A stretch of DNA of 64,000 nt from an uncultured bacterium (GTDB lineage Bacteria; Zixibacteria; MSB-5A5; GN15; FEB-12): contig CBDVDR010000001.1 in the NCBI GenBank assembly GCA_965372795.1, positions 96,001-160,000 of the forward strand. The letters run 5' to 3'. Positions 51,343-60,014 of this stretch are shown piece after piece (positions within the stretch are counted from its first letter, which is position 1; every line of letters starts with the position of its first letter). The position numbers and the translations under genes are program-made. The notes under the pieces are model-generated. The model did no database searches, was not told the origin of the DNA, and was given only the letters and a program-made list of their open reading frames with translations.

Positions 51343-51496
51343 AGCCTGTTTAACAGGTTTAACCTGTTTGATAGGTTTAACCTGTTTGATTTATATATGA
51401 TAAATTTTGACATATTGAGAATAAATGACGGTTAAGATTAAAAGGCAAGAAGTGTTTAACTATTCAATTTTATATTATCGAAACCACAATTCTAAA

Positions 51497-52399
51497 TTAC
51501 TTTTTTAAAGACGATACCTGTACATTTCCATATTCAGAAGTAATAAAAGATTTACATTCGTGACAAATTGTAACTTGAAGATTTATGAAAGTATTAATCG
51601 GGCTTCCGTTTTGAATAGCGGCTTCAAAAATAGATCGTTTATAAATCGCTCGTTTGACAGCCTGCCCAAACCCTTTATCTTCGGGAAATTCCCTGATGAT
51701 TTTTATGTCATTCCAATTTGAAATATACCCGGTATGGAAAATCATGAATTCAACTTCTACAAACCCCGTATCGTCCTCTGATGCCAAAGCTGGCCAGCTC
51801 GGTGATCCAAGTTTCATAATAGCCGGGCGGTTTAAAAGAAAATCACCATAATATCCGTTTTCCATTATCTCCCAGTCATTTCTATATGGTGGCAAAAATG
51901 GTTGGTCGCTGGGAAGTCCAAAATCACCATCAGTGAAACCATATCCAAAAGTGTTTCCATCCTCTTCACCAATGTTTTCAGATGATAATGATAAGTCGGA
52001 TATAAAACTAATTTCGGTTGATAAATTACTAACCGATGTGGAAATATTATTAAAAACCGGCAATGGAAAATCATGAACAATGCGAACTTTCCCTAAATAG
52101 CCGTTTGCAAAACTTATATCATGTTTGTTTTGATTATAATTAGACTGATTTGGAATATTGTATAGTTTACTTTTTTTCTCAACGGCAAACGGCACTCCCC
52201 GATCTCCCCCCACAATCATATTTGAATTTATTCTAATCAAATCATCCTCAAGCCCGATTGATATCGTGGCAATGATACCCCCCATAACTAACAACAGAAC
52301 CGAGACACAACTCAACGCCTTGAGCAGGTTCGGTTGATATGATTTTTTATGGTCGTGCAAATGTTGAATAATTGTGTTCGGGCAATATTCTTTTCCCAT
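51497..52399 (-). CDS. TonB-like protein (single TM plus TonB C-terminal-like domain)
   Basis: P.WP..A...G.VEVEF.I...G, GFGQAV..A, FEAAIQNGSP. Confidence 0.55.
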   Translation of the reverse strand: MGKEYCPNTIIQHLHDHKKSYQPNLLKALSCVSVLLLVMGGIIATISIGLEDDLIRINSNMIVGGDRGVPFAVEKKSKLYNIPNQSNYNQNKHDISFANGYLGKVRIVHDFPLPVFNNISTSVSNLSTEISFISDLSLSSENIGEEDGNTFGYGFTDGDFGLPSDQPFLPPYRNDWEIMENGYYGDFLLNRPAIMKLGSPSWPALASEDDTGFVEVEFMIFHTGYISNWNDIKIIREFPEDKGFGQAVKRAIYKRSIFEAAIQNGSPINTFINLQVTICHECKSFITSEYGNVQVSSLKK

Positions 52400-52445
52400 A
52401 TTTAAATAAACGTATTAAGGCTCTTTTTTGCAAATTTTTAATTAT

Positions 52446-52478
52446 AAAAAAACCTCCGACAGAAATCTGCCGGAGGTT
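52446..52478 (-). terminator. Rho-independent terminator
   Basis: AACCTCCG..CGGAGG plus T-tract on minus strand. Confidence 0.75.
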
Positions 52479-52499
52479 AAATTATAATTCAATAATATT

Positions 52500-53000
52500 C
52501 TAATTATGACCATGACCGGAATGATCTTCTTCCATCATCTTGGCTTCCATTTTTTTCAACTCTTCATTAGTGCGATCAGACCAGGCATGAATTTCCTTTT
52601 GAAGTTCAACATTGTCTGAGGTCATAAAACCCAAATACCCATGCTGAGTCTTAACTTCTTCATGAGCAACGCCTTTCATCATCAAACCGCCCATAGCATT
52701 ACACATACCACACATATCCAATTTCTCACCGCTCATTGCTTTTTCACTCACAGCCATCATGTGAGCCCGGACAACTTCGTATGATTCATTCAATTTAGGT
52801 GGAACGGTCGTGATGGTAACAACCCCATTGGCAATATTATAATGTTCCCATCCGAGGTTCGGCAATAATTCAGGATCTGTACTGAGCGATTTGCAAAACT
52901 CGCATTTTTCCATGTCAAACCAGGGACTCTCCTGGGCATTGACAACACTTATCGTCATAACCAAAGCTACGACAACAAACATAGTTAAAAGCTTTTTCAT
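52500..53000 (-). CDS. Secreted hypothetical protein with two CxxC motifs and His-rich tail
   Basis: Signal peptide, CEFC, CGMC, HSGHGHN. Confidence 0.75.
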   Translation of the reverse strand: MKKLLTMFVVVALVMTISVVNAQESPWFDMEKCEFCKSLSTDPELLPNLGWEHYNIANGVVTITTVPPKLNESYEVVRAHMMAVSEKAMSGEKLDMCGMCNAMGGLMMKGVAHEEVKTQHGYLGFMTSDNVELQKEIHAWSDRTNEELKKMEAKMMEEDHSGHGHN

Positions 53001-53160
53001 TTTAGCTCCTGTTTGTAAAGTTAATATTATTCAGTGTGATGTTTGATTTATTTAACAAATTTAACAATCTAAATGTTTTGAGTCAATCACATTTTGAATC
53101 TGTGAAAAGAGACTTTAAAATCATATCAATACTATTACGTGACTAAATATGAATTAATAT

Positions 53161-53195
53161 AAAAAAAATACAGACTTTAACGGTCTGTATTTTTT
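53161..53195 (-). terminator. Terminator after SRP RNA
   Basis: ATACAGAC..GTCTGTAT flanked by A/T tracts. Confidence 0.75.
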
Positions 53196-53201
53196 AATAT
53201 T

Positions 53202-53466
53202 GTGCACCCACCATCGAACCGCCTCCAGAACAACCTCCAGCCAGCCAGCTCAGATCGGGTAAACCTGCAACACACATAAGAAATTGCTTACCGCTGCTAC
53301 CTCCCGGTCCTCACGGGGTTCACAGGCTTATATTGTACAGGACCCAACCATCAATACCGCTTAACCTTCGTTTGAAACGTCAGCTAAGCCCTCAGGTGGG
53401 AATTCGACCCCGGTAGAGCGGATTCACGGGTTACAGGGCACCGCTAACTCCCCGTCTAGCACTTGC
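53202..53466 (-). ncRNA. ffs: Large bacterial SRP RNA (with Alu domain)
   Basis: 5' GUGCUAGACGGGGAG.UAGCGGUGCCCUGUAACC; helix 8 CCCCGUGAGGACCGGGAGGUAGCAGCGG; 3' GGGUGCAC. Confidence 0.92.
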
Positions 53467-53537
53467 TTCGCAAGTCTGATAATTCAGACAATGTTTTCTC
53501 ACAAGTCCAATAATACCATATATGACAACACTTTACA

Positions 53538-53610
53538 TGGAGCAGATGGGGATCGAACCCACGACCTCTACGTTGCGAACGTAGCGCTCTCCCAACTGAG
53601 CTACTGCCCC
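53538..53610 (-). tRNA. tRNA-Ala(CGC), CCA not encoded
   Basis: GGGGCAG/CTGCTCC acceptor with G3:U70, anticodon arm CTACG-TTCGCAA-CGTAG, GGTTCGATCC. Confidence 0.96.
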
Positions 53611-53673
53611 GTTATTATCAATTTTGGGGTTGTACTATAACAAAAAATGTAGAATTAACCAAGCTGTTTTTGC

Positions 53674-54261
53674 TTAGAAAACCAAACCACCCCGCAGGAC
53701 AATGATCGGATTGGTCGAAACCTCATAAACTTCCGATCTGCCATAAGGCGCCCCAAAAATCACCAACTCACCCAACACTGCATATTTGGGATCAATAAAA
53801 AATACGATTTCTGTGCCAAGATGATAAGTCAGCAGATTTGCTTTTTTCAAAAATCCCATCTTTGCCAGATAAGCATACCCTAATCCGATAAAAGGTTTAA
53901 TCGCAAATCGCTGACGGGCTTTATTGATAATCCGTTTTAATCGGATATTCAGATCGAGGGCTTTTTCATGTTCATCATACGCATAAATATTCTGGATATT
54001 ACTCTCGAATCCAACCATCAGTTTGCGATTGATCGGGATATCAAAAAATATCCCAACCGATAAACCGGGACTGGTTTCAAAATCGTTGGCATCGGTATCG
54101 GAATCTTTAAGTTTTAGATGAATGGTACTTGAGTTGATGATGCCGGCTTTGAACCCAAACCCGCCTTTAACGATACTTTTATTAAAGGCATAAATCGGAC
54201 TACTAATTAAAATCAGAATTATTATTGCTGTAATTAATAGTATGATTTTTTTTGTCATCAA
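53674..54261 (-). CDS. Small outer-membrane beta-barrel protein
   Basis: Signal peptide, FGFKAG, PFIGLGY, terminal F. Confidence 0.7.
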   Translation of the reverse strand: MMTKKIILLITAIIILILISSPIYAFNKSIVKGGFGFKAGIINSSTIHLKLKDSDTDANDFETSPGLSVGIFFDIPINRKLMVGFESNIQNIYAYDEHEKALDLNIRLKRIINKARQRFAIKPFIGLGYAYLAKMGFLKKANLLTYHLGTEIVFFIDPKYAVLGELVIFGAPYGRSEVYEVSTNPIIVLRGGLVF

Positions 54262-54377
54262 AACTCTCGGTTAAATCTTTCTTTGGTCGGTCATAATACA
54301 ATCAGAAATAATTTACTTATAAGACGTAAAAAGTCAACACACGTTGTGTGATTTAACACGTTGTGTGATTTATTATT

Positions 54378-54500
54378 CGTGGGCGGCAGACGCCCTCGTC
54401 TGCCCCATACATGTAGTGTTTCTTCGTGGGCGACAGACGTCAACCACAATTCGTGTGCTCGTCTGCCCCACTCTTCGTAGGGAACAGGCATGCCTGTTCC
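54378..54500. repeat. REP cluster: family 2 (54378-54407, 54425-54470) and GTAG REP (54477-54500)
   Basis: CGTGGGCGRCAGACG...CGTCTGCCCCA; GTAG-GGAACAGGCATGCCTGTTCC. Confidence 0.85.
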
Positions 54501-54620
54501 GTTTCTTTTACATGTTTTTCGCTGTAAATTGTTCTGTAACTGACTTATACAATGAATTGGGTTCGTTTTGTTACTTTTGACATAGTGATGTCTTTGACAC
54601 ATTTCGTGTGGTTTCATGTT

Positions 54621-54734
54621 CTGTTGGGTCTTGATTTGTCGAAGACAAATTGTGACCCGACAGCATTTCTCTTGAGTAGGTCAGTAGCCCTGCGCTCCTG
54701 ACGAGTTGGCAGGATCACAGGGATCCTGCCCTAC
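54621..54734. repeat. REP cluster: inverted family 3 hairpin (54621-54663) and composite GTAGGTCAG/family 1 pair (54667-54734)
   Basis: Direct comparison with copies at 15421, 16153 and 58449-58526. Confidence 0.85.
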
Positions 54735-54744
54735 TTGAACTTGA

Positions 54745-54836
54745 TTTTGTAGTTATGATTTTGGACATAGCAAACCGTACCTCCTTTTATATAGGGGTGC
54801 AAGACCGCAATCATCAGGAAAAGTGTGGGGAATTTG
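54745..54836 (-). mobile_element. 5' end of dispersed element, copy B
   Basis: Aligns with 5876-5967 over ~90 bp. Confidence 0.6.
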
Positions 54837-54946
54837 TAAATTAAAGACGGGTGGCGCCCTCAAACTTGTTTGGGGGTACTGTGGACGGTTCATCCACAAT
54901 TGAATTAATTGAATAGAAACCCACCCCAAGGGGTGGGCTACCCAGC

Positions 54947-57553
54947 TTAAATACTATTTAATTCAATATTCTCTTTTAGTCTTTGCAAATGAAAATTATT
55001 AACATCAAGTTGTAATCCTTTGTTAACATATTCTTTTGCTTTTCCTTTGTCTTTTATATTAAAGGCTAACCACGCAAATCGAGAATAATCTTGCGCGTCC
55101 GCTTCATCTATTCTTGTATCAATAATTCCTAGTAATTCAGGAATCATAATTTGTTTTTCATCCATTCCAATTTTATCAAAGCGTTCTTTAAATAGTGCAT
55201 TACAAGTATTAACAGAATTACTTATGTCACCAAAAGGAATTTTAGGAATTTGACAAAGTTCCAATAAACTATTTATTACTTCATACCAATTCATATTCAT
55301 TTCACATAATCTTGAAATTCTTTTCCATGAATATATTTTATCTGATTTTGAGATATTATCACTCTCAAGAAATCTCATAACTGCATCGATTGAAGCATCA
55401 ATCATATTACATTCTTCGTATAATTCAGAAAGTGTTAACCATGCAGGCGTATAATTTGATGCTAAGAACTCTAATGTTTGTGAGTAATTAGATATTTCTT
55501 CTCCTTTATTACAGACCTTGTCTGCAACATGTTGAAACATACGTTCCACTCTTGGTTTAATTCCATGAATAACATCAGTTTGTTGCGATGTTCCAAAACA
55601 TTGAAGAAATTTAGTGTCTTCTTCAATTTTTCTTTTCAGTGGTGCTATGGGTAGTTTACGTTTTCCAAATATAGAAGCGACCAAAGGGACTGAAATAAAC
55701 TCCATATTGAAACTATCTTTCGAATAACTAATTTCAATAAAAGAACTCTTTGTAAGTTCATCAATCGCAGAAGTTACATCAAGTTTTTCACCTACCGATG
55801 GCTTTAAATATAGGGCTTGTAGGGCAAGCATAGGTATTGATGATCTCCAATTACAAAGAGTAAGGAAAATTCTCTTTGCTGCTTGAGATAATCCTGAAAA
55901 TGTTCTTTCAAACAGTGCTTGAAGAATATCATCTTTTGTTGCAATAATCCTTTTTACCTTTAAAACCTTTTTTTCTTTTGCAACTTCACCTAGAAGGATT
56001 TTAATTACATATGGATGACCCCTCGCTTCCTCTATTAAAGAAGTTTTGTAAGATGAAGTAATAATTTTCTGAATCCCTAATTGCTTGGAGTACCTATCAA
56101 TTAGTTCTTTACATTGTCTATCTGACATTCCACTAACTTCAATAGGATAATCTCCCTTAAATTCTCTTTTTCTTGTAGTAATTAACACTTTATTTGGTAA
56201 TCTAATATTAGTATTGATCCAATTATATGTTTCAATTGGATCTCTAACCGTCTCAAAGTTATCAAATACAAATAAAACTTTTCCTATCTCACTCTTTTGG
56301 AAATAATTCGAAAGGTAACTCAATTGTTTAAATGATTTATCATTTTTTTCTTTTGGATTTAGCAAGTTTACAAATTCTTTTGCTATCTCTTTATTTGAGA
56401 CAGTATGAGGTCTCACGATTTTAGGTCCTGTTTGAAGTAAATCAATGTCTCGTGCACTAAACCAGATTATTACATTAAAATTTGAATGTAAAGCAATGTC
56501 ATGTAATACTGTTAGACCAAGCCATGTTTTGCCAATTCCCCCTCTACCTAAAAGTGTAATCATTGGGTGTCTATCATCAAGCAAACACTTATGAAGCTCT
56601 TCCTCTAACTTATTCCTACAAATGTAATTATTAGGCTTGTCAGGTATGTTTGTAAATGTGTCGCCAATTGTTCTTAAACTTTCCAAGCCCTGCGTTTCAC
56701 TTTTAGGTAGATTTTCAACTGGTGTGAGGTATGGAGAAGAATCTTCTTCTTTTTTATTACCTGAATAATATGAAAGTAATTCAAATTTATTTTCTGTAAA
56801 TCCACCATTCGGAAAATAAAAATCTGATGCATCAGGATCTGAGAAAATTAAATCAATCTTTGTGAATTTATCAGAATAAATATAAAGACCATCTCGAAGA
56901 TTTTGATTTGTACTGTGTTTAAAAATATCAAAACAATCCACATTTTCGGAAATTGATGTTACCCTGTATTTTCTTGATATATTCTGATATAAATACGCCC
57001 ATGGTTTCTTAAAAAGACTTAAATTTTCTACAATTAATTGAATTGATCCTTCAAGTAAATAACATGCTTGGCTGACTTTTGCTACAGTTGGTGCTCCATG
57101 CCCTCTTGTCTTATTTCTTAACACTACAAAATCAATTATCCACTTTTTCAATGGAACTTTTGGCATAGTTTCGAATTGTTTAATATCTAGTAAAAATAGT
57201 ACTTGTTCCAATTTTGCAACTGCTTCAAATTGCCAATCACCTTCTCCGACCTTTTGTGTTATTTCTTTTCTATCATCAATAATTGATGGTTGGATAAATT
57301 GTGAAGCAGGTCCATTTAGGGCATCAAATAGTGCCGCTTCCCAAGCACCAAGACTGCTGGCATGGACTAAATTATACGACAATCTATATCTATGTTTATC
57401 TTTTTCATCTTCGATACACGCAATAATGCTTGCAGTAATTAATTTTGTAATCATTTCTCCAAAATATAATAAATCCAAAAATAATGATGCGTCTGAATCT
57501 TCTCTTGTAATAGAAATTCTTTCCCACATTTTATCAATTGGTCTAAATTGCAT
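54947..57553 (-). CDS. STAND (NB-ARC-like) NTPase with putative N-terminal HEPN-like domain and C-terminal TPR-like repeats
   Basis: Walker A GRGGIGKT, Walker B VLFVFDNFE, LITTR, GHP; RNKTRGH in N-terminal domain; helical C-terminus. Confidence 0.8.
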   Translation of the reverse strand: MQFRPIDKMWERISITREDSDASLFLDLLYFGEMITKLITASIIACIEDEKDKHRYRLSYNLVHASSLGAWEAALFDALNGPASQFIQPSIIDDRKEITQKVGEGDWQFEAVAKLEQVLFLLDIKQFETMPKVPLKKWIIDFVVLRNKTRGHGAPTVAKVSQACYLLEGSIQLIVENLSLFKKPWAYLYQNISRKYRVTSISENVDCFDIFKHSTNQNLRDGLYIYSDKFTKIDLIFSDPDASDFYFPNGGFTENKFELLSYYSGNKKEEDSSPYLTPVENLPKSETQGLESLRTIGDTFTNIPDKPNNYICRNKLEEELHKCLLDDRHPMITLLGRGGIGKTWLGLTVLHDIALHSNFNVIIWFSARDIDLLQTGPKIVRPHTVSNKEIAKEFVNLLNPKEKNDKSFKQLSYLSNYFQKSEIGKVLFVFDNFETVRDPIETYNWINTNIRLPNKVLITTRKREFKGDYPIEVSGMSDRQCKELIDRYSKQLGIQKIITSSYKTSLIEEARGHPYVIKILLGEVAKEKKVLKVKRIIATKDDILQALFERTFSGLSQAAKRIFLTLCNWRSSIPMLALQALYLKPSVGEKLDVTSAIDELTKSSFIEISYSKDSFNMEFISVPLVASIFGKRKLPIAPLKRKIEEDTKFLQCFGTSQQTDVIHGIKPRVERMFQHVADKVCNKGEEISNYSQTLEFLASNYTPAWLTLSELYEECNMIDASIDAVMRFLESDNISKSDKIYSWKRISRLCEMNMNWYEVINSLLELCQIPKIPFGDISNSVNTCNALFKERFDKIGMDEKQIMIPELLGIIDTRIDEADAQDYSRFAWLAFNIKDKGKAKEYVNKGLQLDVNNFHLQRLKENIELNSI

Positions 57554-57666
57554 AGTATTCCCCGCACTGTAAATGTTGTGTAATGTGTTCAAATATATGA
57601 TAAATACATCTTTTTGTCAATATCCACACAACTTCAATGGTGATTACTGATCCGCACCCAATTAAT

Positions 57667-58452
57667 ATGAGACACTATACAAAAAAACAAAAGCTGGCGA
57701 ACCAACGGAACGCCAAAAAATCCACCGGGCCAAAGACGCCCGAGGGTAAAGCAAAATCATCGCAAAATGCGATCAAACACGGCCTCTATGCCAAATCGGT
57801 CATCATCCGCTCGCCCAACTACAACGAAGACCGCAACGAGTACGACCAACTCGCCCAATCACTCTTTGAAGAACTAAAACCCGCAACCCATTTCCAGGAA
57901 ACCCTGGTCATCAAAATCATCAACTGCCTCTGGCGCAGCAAACGGGTCGTAATCGCCGAAACCGCCAAAATCTCTAAACAAATTAACCTTGTTACAAAAA
58001 ACCACGATCCCAAAAATGGGGAGAACGAACTTGTCAACGAAATTGGTATCAATCTGATTCCGACCGATAATTACAGCATTAACCTGATGCGCCATGAAAT
58101 GCGCCTCGACAAACAACTTAACCGTACTTATGAGCTCCTGAAACAACTCCAGAAAACATCCAAACCCAAAAGTAAATCTAAAAGTAACAAAACGAACCCA
58201 TTTAACAATCAAAAGAAAAGTGATAATTTACGTGGGCGGCAGACGTCCTCGTCTGCCCCAAAGGTACGTGGTGGCAGTCAACCACACCATGTGTGCTCGT
58301 CTGCCCCAGAGATAAACACCCCTGAAGTCAGCGATGCACAAATCGTCCGTGATCTGATCAAACTTTCTAAATTACATGACATGGAAATCCTGACCCCGAC
58401 CCCTTTGGAAAAACTAAACAGGATTTCAAAAAACAAGTCTTCACCCTTGTAG
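57667..58452 (+). CDS. Hypothetical protein with ANxRNAxKSTGPKTxEGK..S.NA.KHGL motif
   Basis: Recognisable uncharacterised motif; C-terminal part runs through REP palindromes; start 57637 or 57667. Confidence 0.75.
   Translation: MRHYTKKQKLANQRNAKKSTGPKTPEGKAKSSQNAIKHGLYAKSVIIRSPNYNEDRNEYDQLAQSLFEELKPATHFQETLVIKIINCLWRSKRVVIAETAKISKQINLVTKNHDPKNGENELVNEIGINLIPTDNYSINLMRHEMRLDKQLNRTYELLKQLQKTSKPKSKSKSNKTNPFNNQKKSDNLRGRQTSSSAPKVRGGSQPHHVCSSAPEINTPEVSDAQIVRDLIKLSKLHDMEILTPTPLEKLNRISKNKSSPL
58231..58308 (+). repeat. Two family 2 REPs inside the coding sequence
   Basis: 58231-58260 and 58267-58308 match 54378-54407 and 54425-54470. Confidence 0.85.
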
Positions 58453-58660
58453 GGCAGAACCCTTTAGTGGTTCTGCCATTCCGTCAGTTGGGCATCCGCC
58501 TTGGCGGACTGACCTACTCAAGAGAATTAATTTGAGAGAGTTGTCTGTATAGATCAGGTCTCGAAGCCAAGAGAGACCTGACCTACGGAACTGAGATTGC
58601 TTCGTCGCTTCACTCCTCGCAATGACATGGGGCAGACGAGCACACGAAGTGTGTCTGGCT
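58449..58660. repeat. Cluster of five palindromes (three GTAG REPs, one GTCATTGCGAG-type, one family 2)
   Basis: 58449-58478, 58483-58517, 58554-58586, 58593-58626, 58628-58660. Confidence 0.8.
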
Positions 58661-58669
58661 ATAAATCCC

Positions 58670-58698
58670 TTGACAAACTGGACAAACTGGGGTAATAT
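58670..58698 (+). promoter_or_regulatory. Sigma70-type promoter containing a 9-bp direct repeat
   Basis: TTGACA-17 nt-TAATAT; GACAAACTG x2. Confidence 0.5.
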
Positions 58699-58750
58699 TA
58701 AACAGACAACAATATGTTATTCTTCCTATAAAACTTACATGGAGGGAGCC

Positions 58751-59887
58751 GTGAAAATATTATTTCTATCAATTTCAATCTTACTACTAATCGCCTTTTC
58801 TGTTAATGCCCAGACAATTTCCGGTTGCGGTACTTTGGTGCAGGGTTCAGAGTGTGTGCTGATACAAATGGACGGCATCAATCAACTGGTTGCCGCTGAT
58901 AACACCTGCCAATATGTAGTAGGTGATCGGGTCTGTTTTGAAGCGCATTTCATTTTCCCCATTGTTCCAGTATGCGGTGGTGAAGGTGTTCCCGTCGTAA
59001 TTGATTATATTGAGGGCTGCACAGTCAGCTATGAAAACTGCGGTGTTCTTGGACAGGGCGTTGAAGGCTGCGTGACAATCAGCACCGATGATGGCCATGT
59101 CTATATGGTTTTTGGTGATGTTGGAAATTACCAATCGGGTGATTATGTCAAAGTTTCCGGAGGGCTTGATTTGTCATGCACAACAACCTGCATGGCGGGT
59201 GAAGGCTGTTTATATCTGGATTCAATTCAAAGCTGTTCGCCGTATGATGCGACCGTATGCGGAACTCTGGTTCAGGGTAACAATTGTGTATTGTTGCAAA
59301 CCGATGACAACTCGCTTGTTTATCTTGATTATTTCTGCGGTGAGGTCGGCGATTATGTTTGTGCCTCGGGGTCCTATTCGATACTGACCGTTACCCCATG
59401 TGAAGGCGAAGAAGATATGGTTATGAATGTTGAATATATGGATTGTTTTGACATGGTTGATTATTGCGGTAGGGTTGAAGTCGGTTTTGAATGTACTATG
59501 TTCATACCTGTCGATTCGTCATCCTTCTTCCCTTATGTGCTCGACAATTATTTTGGACATGAAGACGGCGATATTTTCCGTGCCAAAGGTTATATTGTCC
59601 CAACTGATTACTGGGTCTGTATGGGTTTTCAATGGATCATCCATGTGACATCGATTTCAGAGTGCGGATGTGTGGGGATGCGTGGAAATTGTGATGGTGA
59701 TATGGCTGATGAAATCACAATCAGCGATCTGACCTTTCTGGTTGAATATCTCTTTTTAAATGGTGAGGCACCGATAAATATGGATGAAGCGGATATTGAT
59801 GGATCAGGAGAAATTTTAATTACCGATATAACCTATCTGGTTAATTATATGTTCTTAAATGGAGATTCTCCGGCTTCATGCCCATAA
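58751..59887 (+). CDS. Secreted Cys-rich protein with four ~70-aa repeats and dockerin-like C-terminus
   Basis: GTG start after GGAGGGAG, signal peptide, CG.L.QG..C repeats, CVGMRGNCDGD...ISDLTFLVEYLF. Confidence 0.8.
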   Translation: MKILFLSISILLLIAFSVNAQTISGCGTLVQGSECVLIQMDGINQLVAADNTCQYVVGDRVCFEAHFIFPIVPVCGGEGVPVVIDYIEGCTVSYENCGVLGQGVEGCVTISTDDGHVYMVFGDVGNYQSGDYVKVSGGLDLSCTTTCMAGEGCLYLDSIQSCSPYDATVCGTLVQGNNCVLLQTDDNSLVYLDYFCGEVGDYVCASGSYSILTVTPCEGEEDMVMNVEYMDCFDMVDYCGRVEVGFECTMFIPVDSSSFFPYVLDNYFGHEDGDIFRAKGYIVPTDYWVCMGFQWIIHVTSISECGCVGMRGNCDGDMADEITISDLTFLVEYLFLNGEAPINMDEADIDGSGEILITDITYLVNYMFLNGDSPASCP

Positions 59888-59918
59888 GATAGAAATCTGA
59901 CAGTAAATATAAATCCTT

Positions 59919-59952
59919 AAGGCAGGTCTTCCCCGGGCTTGCCTTTATTTTT
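59919..59952 (+). terminator. Rho-independent terminator
   Basis: AAGGCAGGTC..GGCTTGCCTT plus T-rich tail. Confidence 0.65.
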
Positions 59953-60014
59953 AATTTAAAAAAACTGTAAAATATGATTTTACCTTTGAGCTTTATTTGC
60001 TATATTATTCAGCT

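Noticed and set aside
51345..51390. 18-bp tandem/palindromic repeat AGGTTTAACCTGTTTGAT upstream of EamA
   Set aside because: About 2.5 units, single locus; could be an operator but there is no supporting evidence
53538..59900. tRNA-Ala-integrated prophage or island
   Set aside because: Accessory DNA lies on the tRNA 5' side, no duplicated tRNA 3' end was seen, and there are no integrase or phage genes
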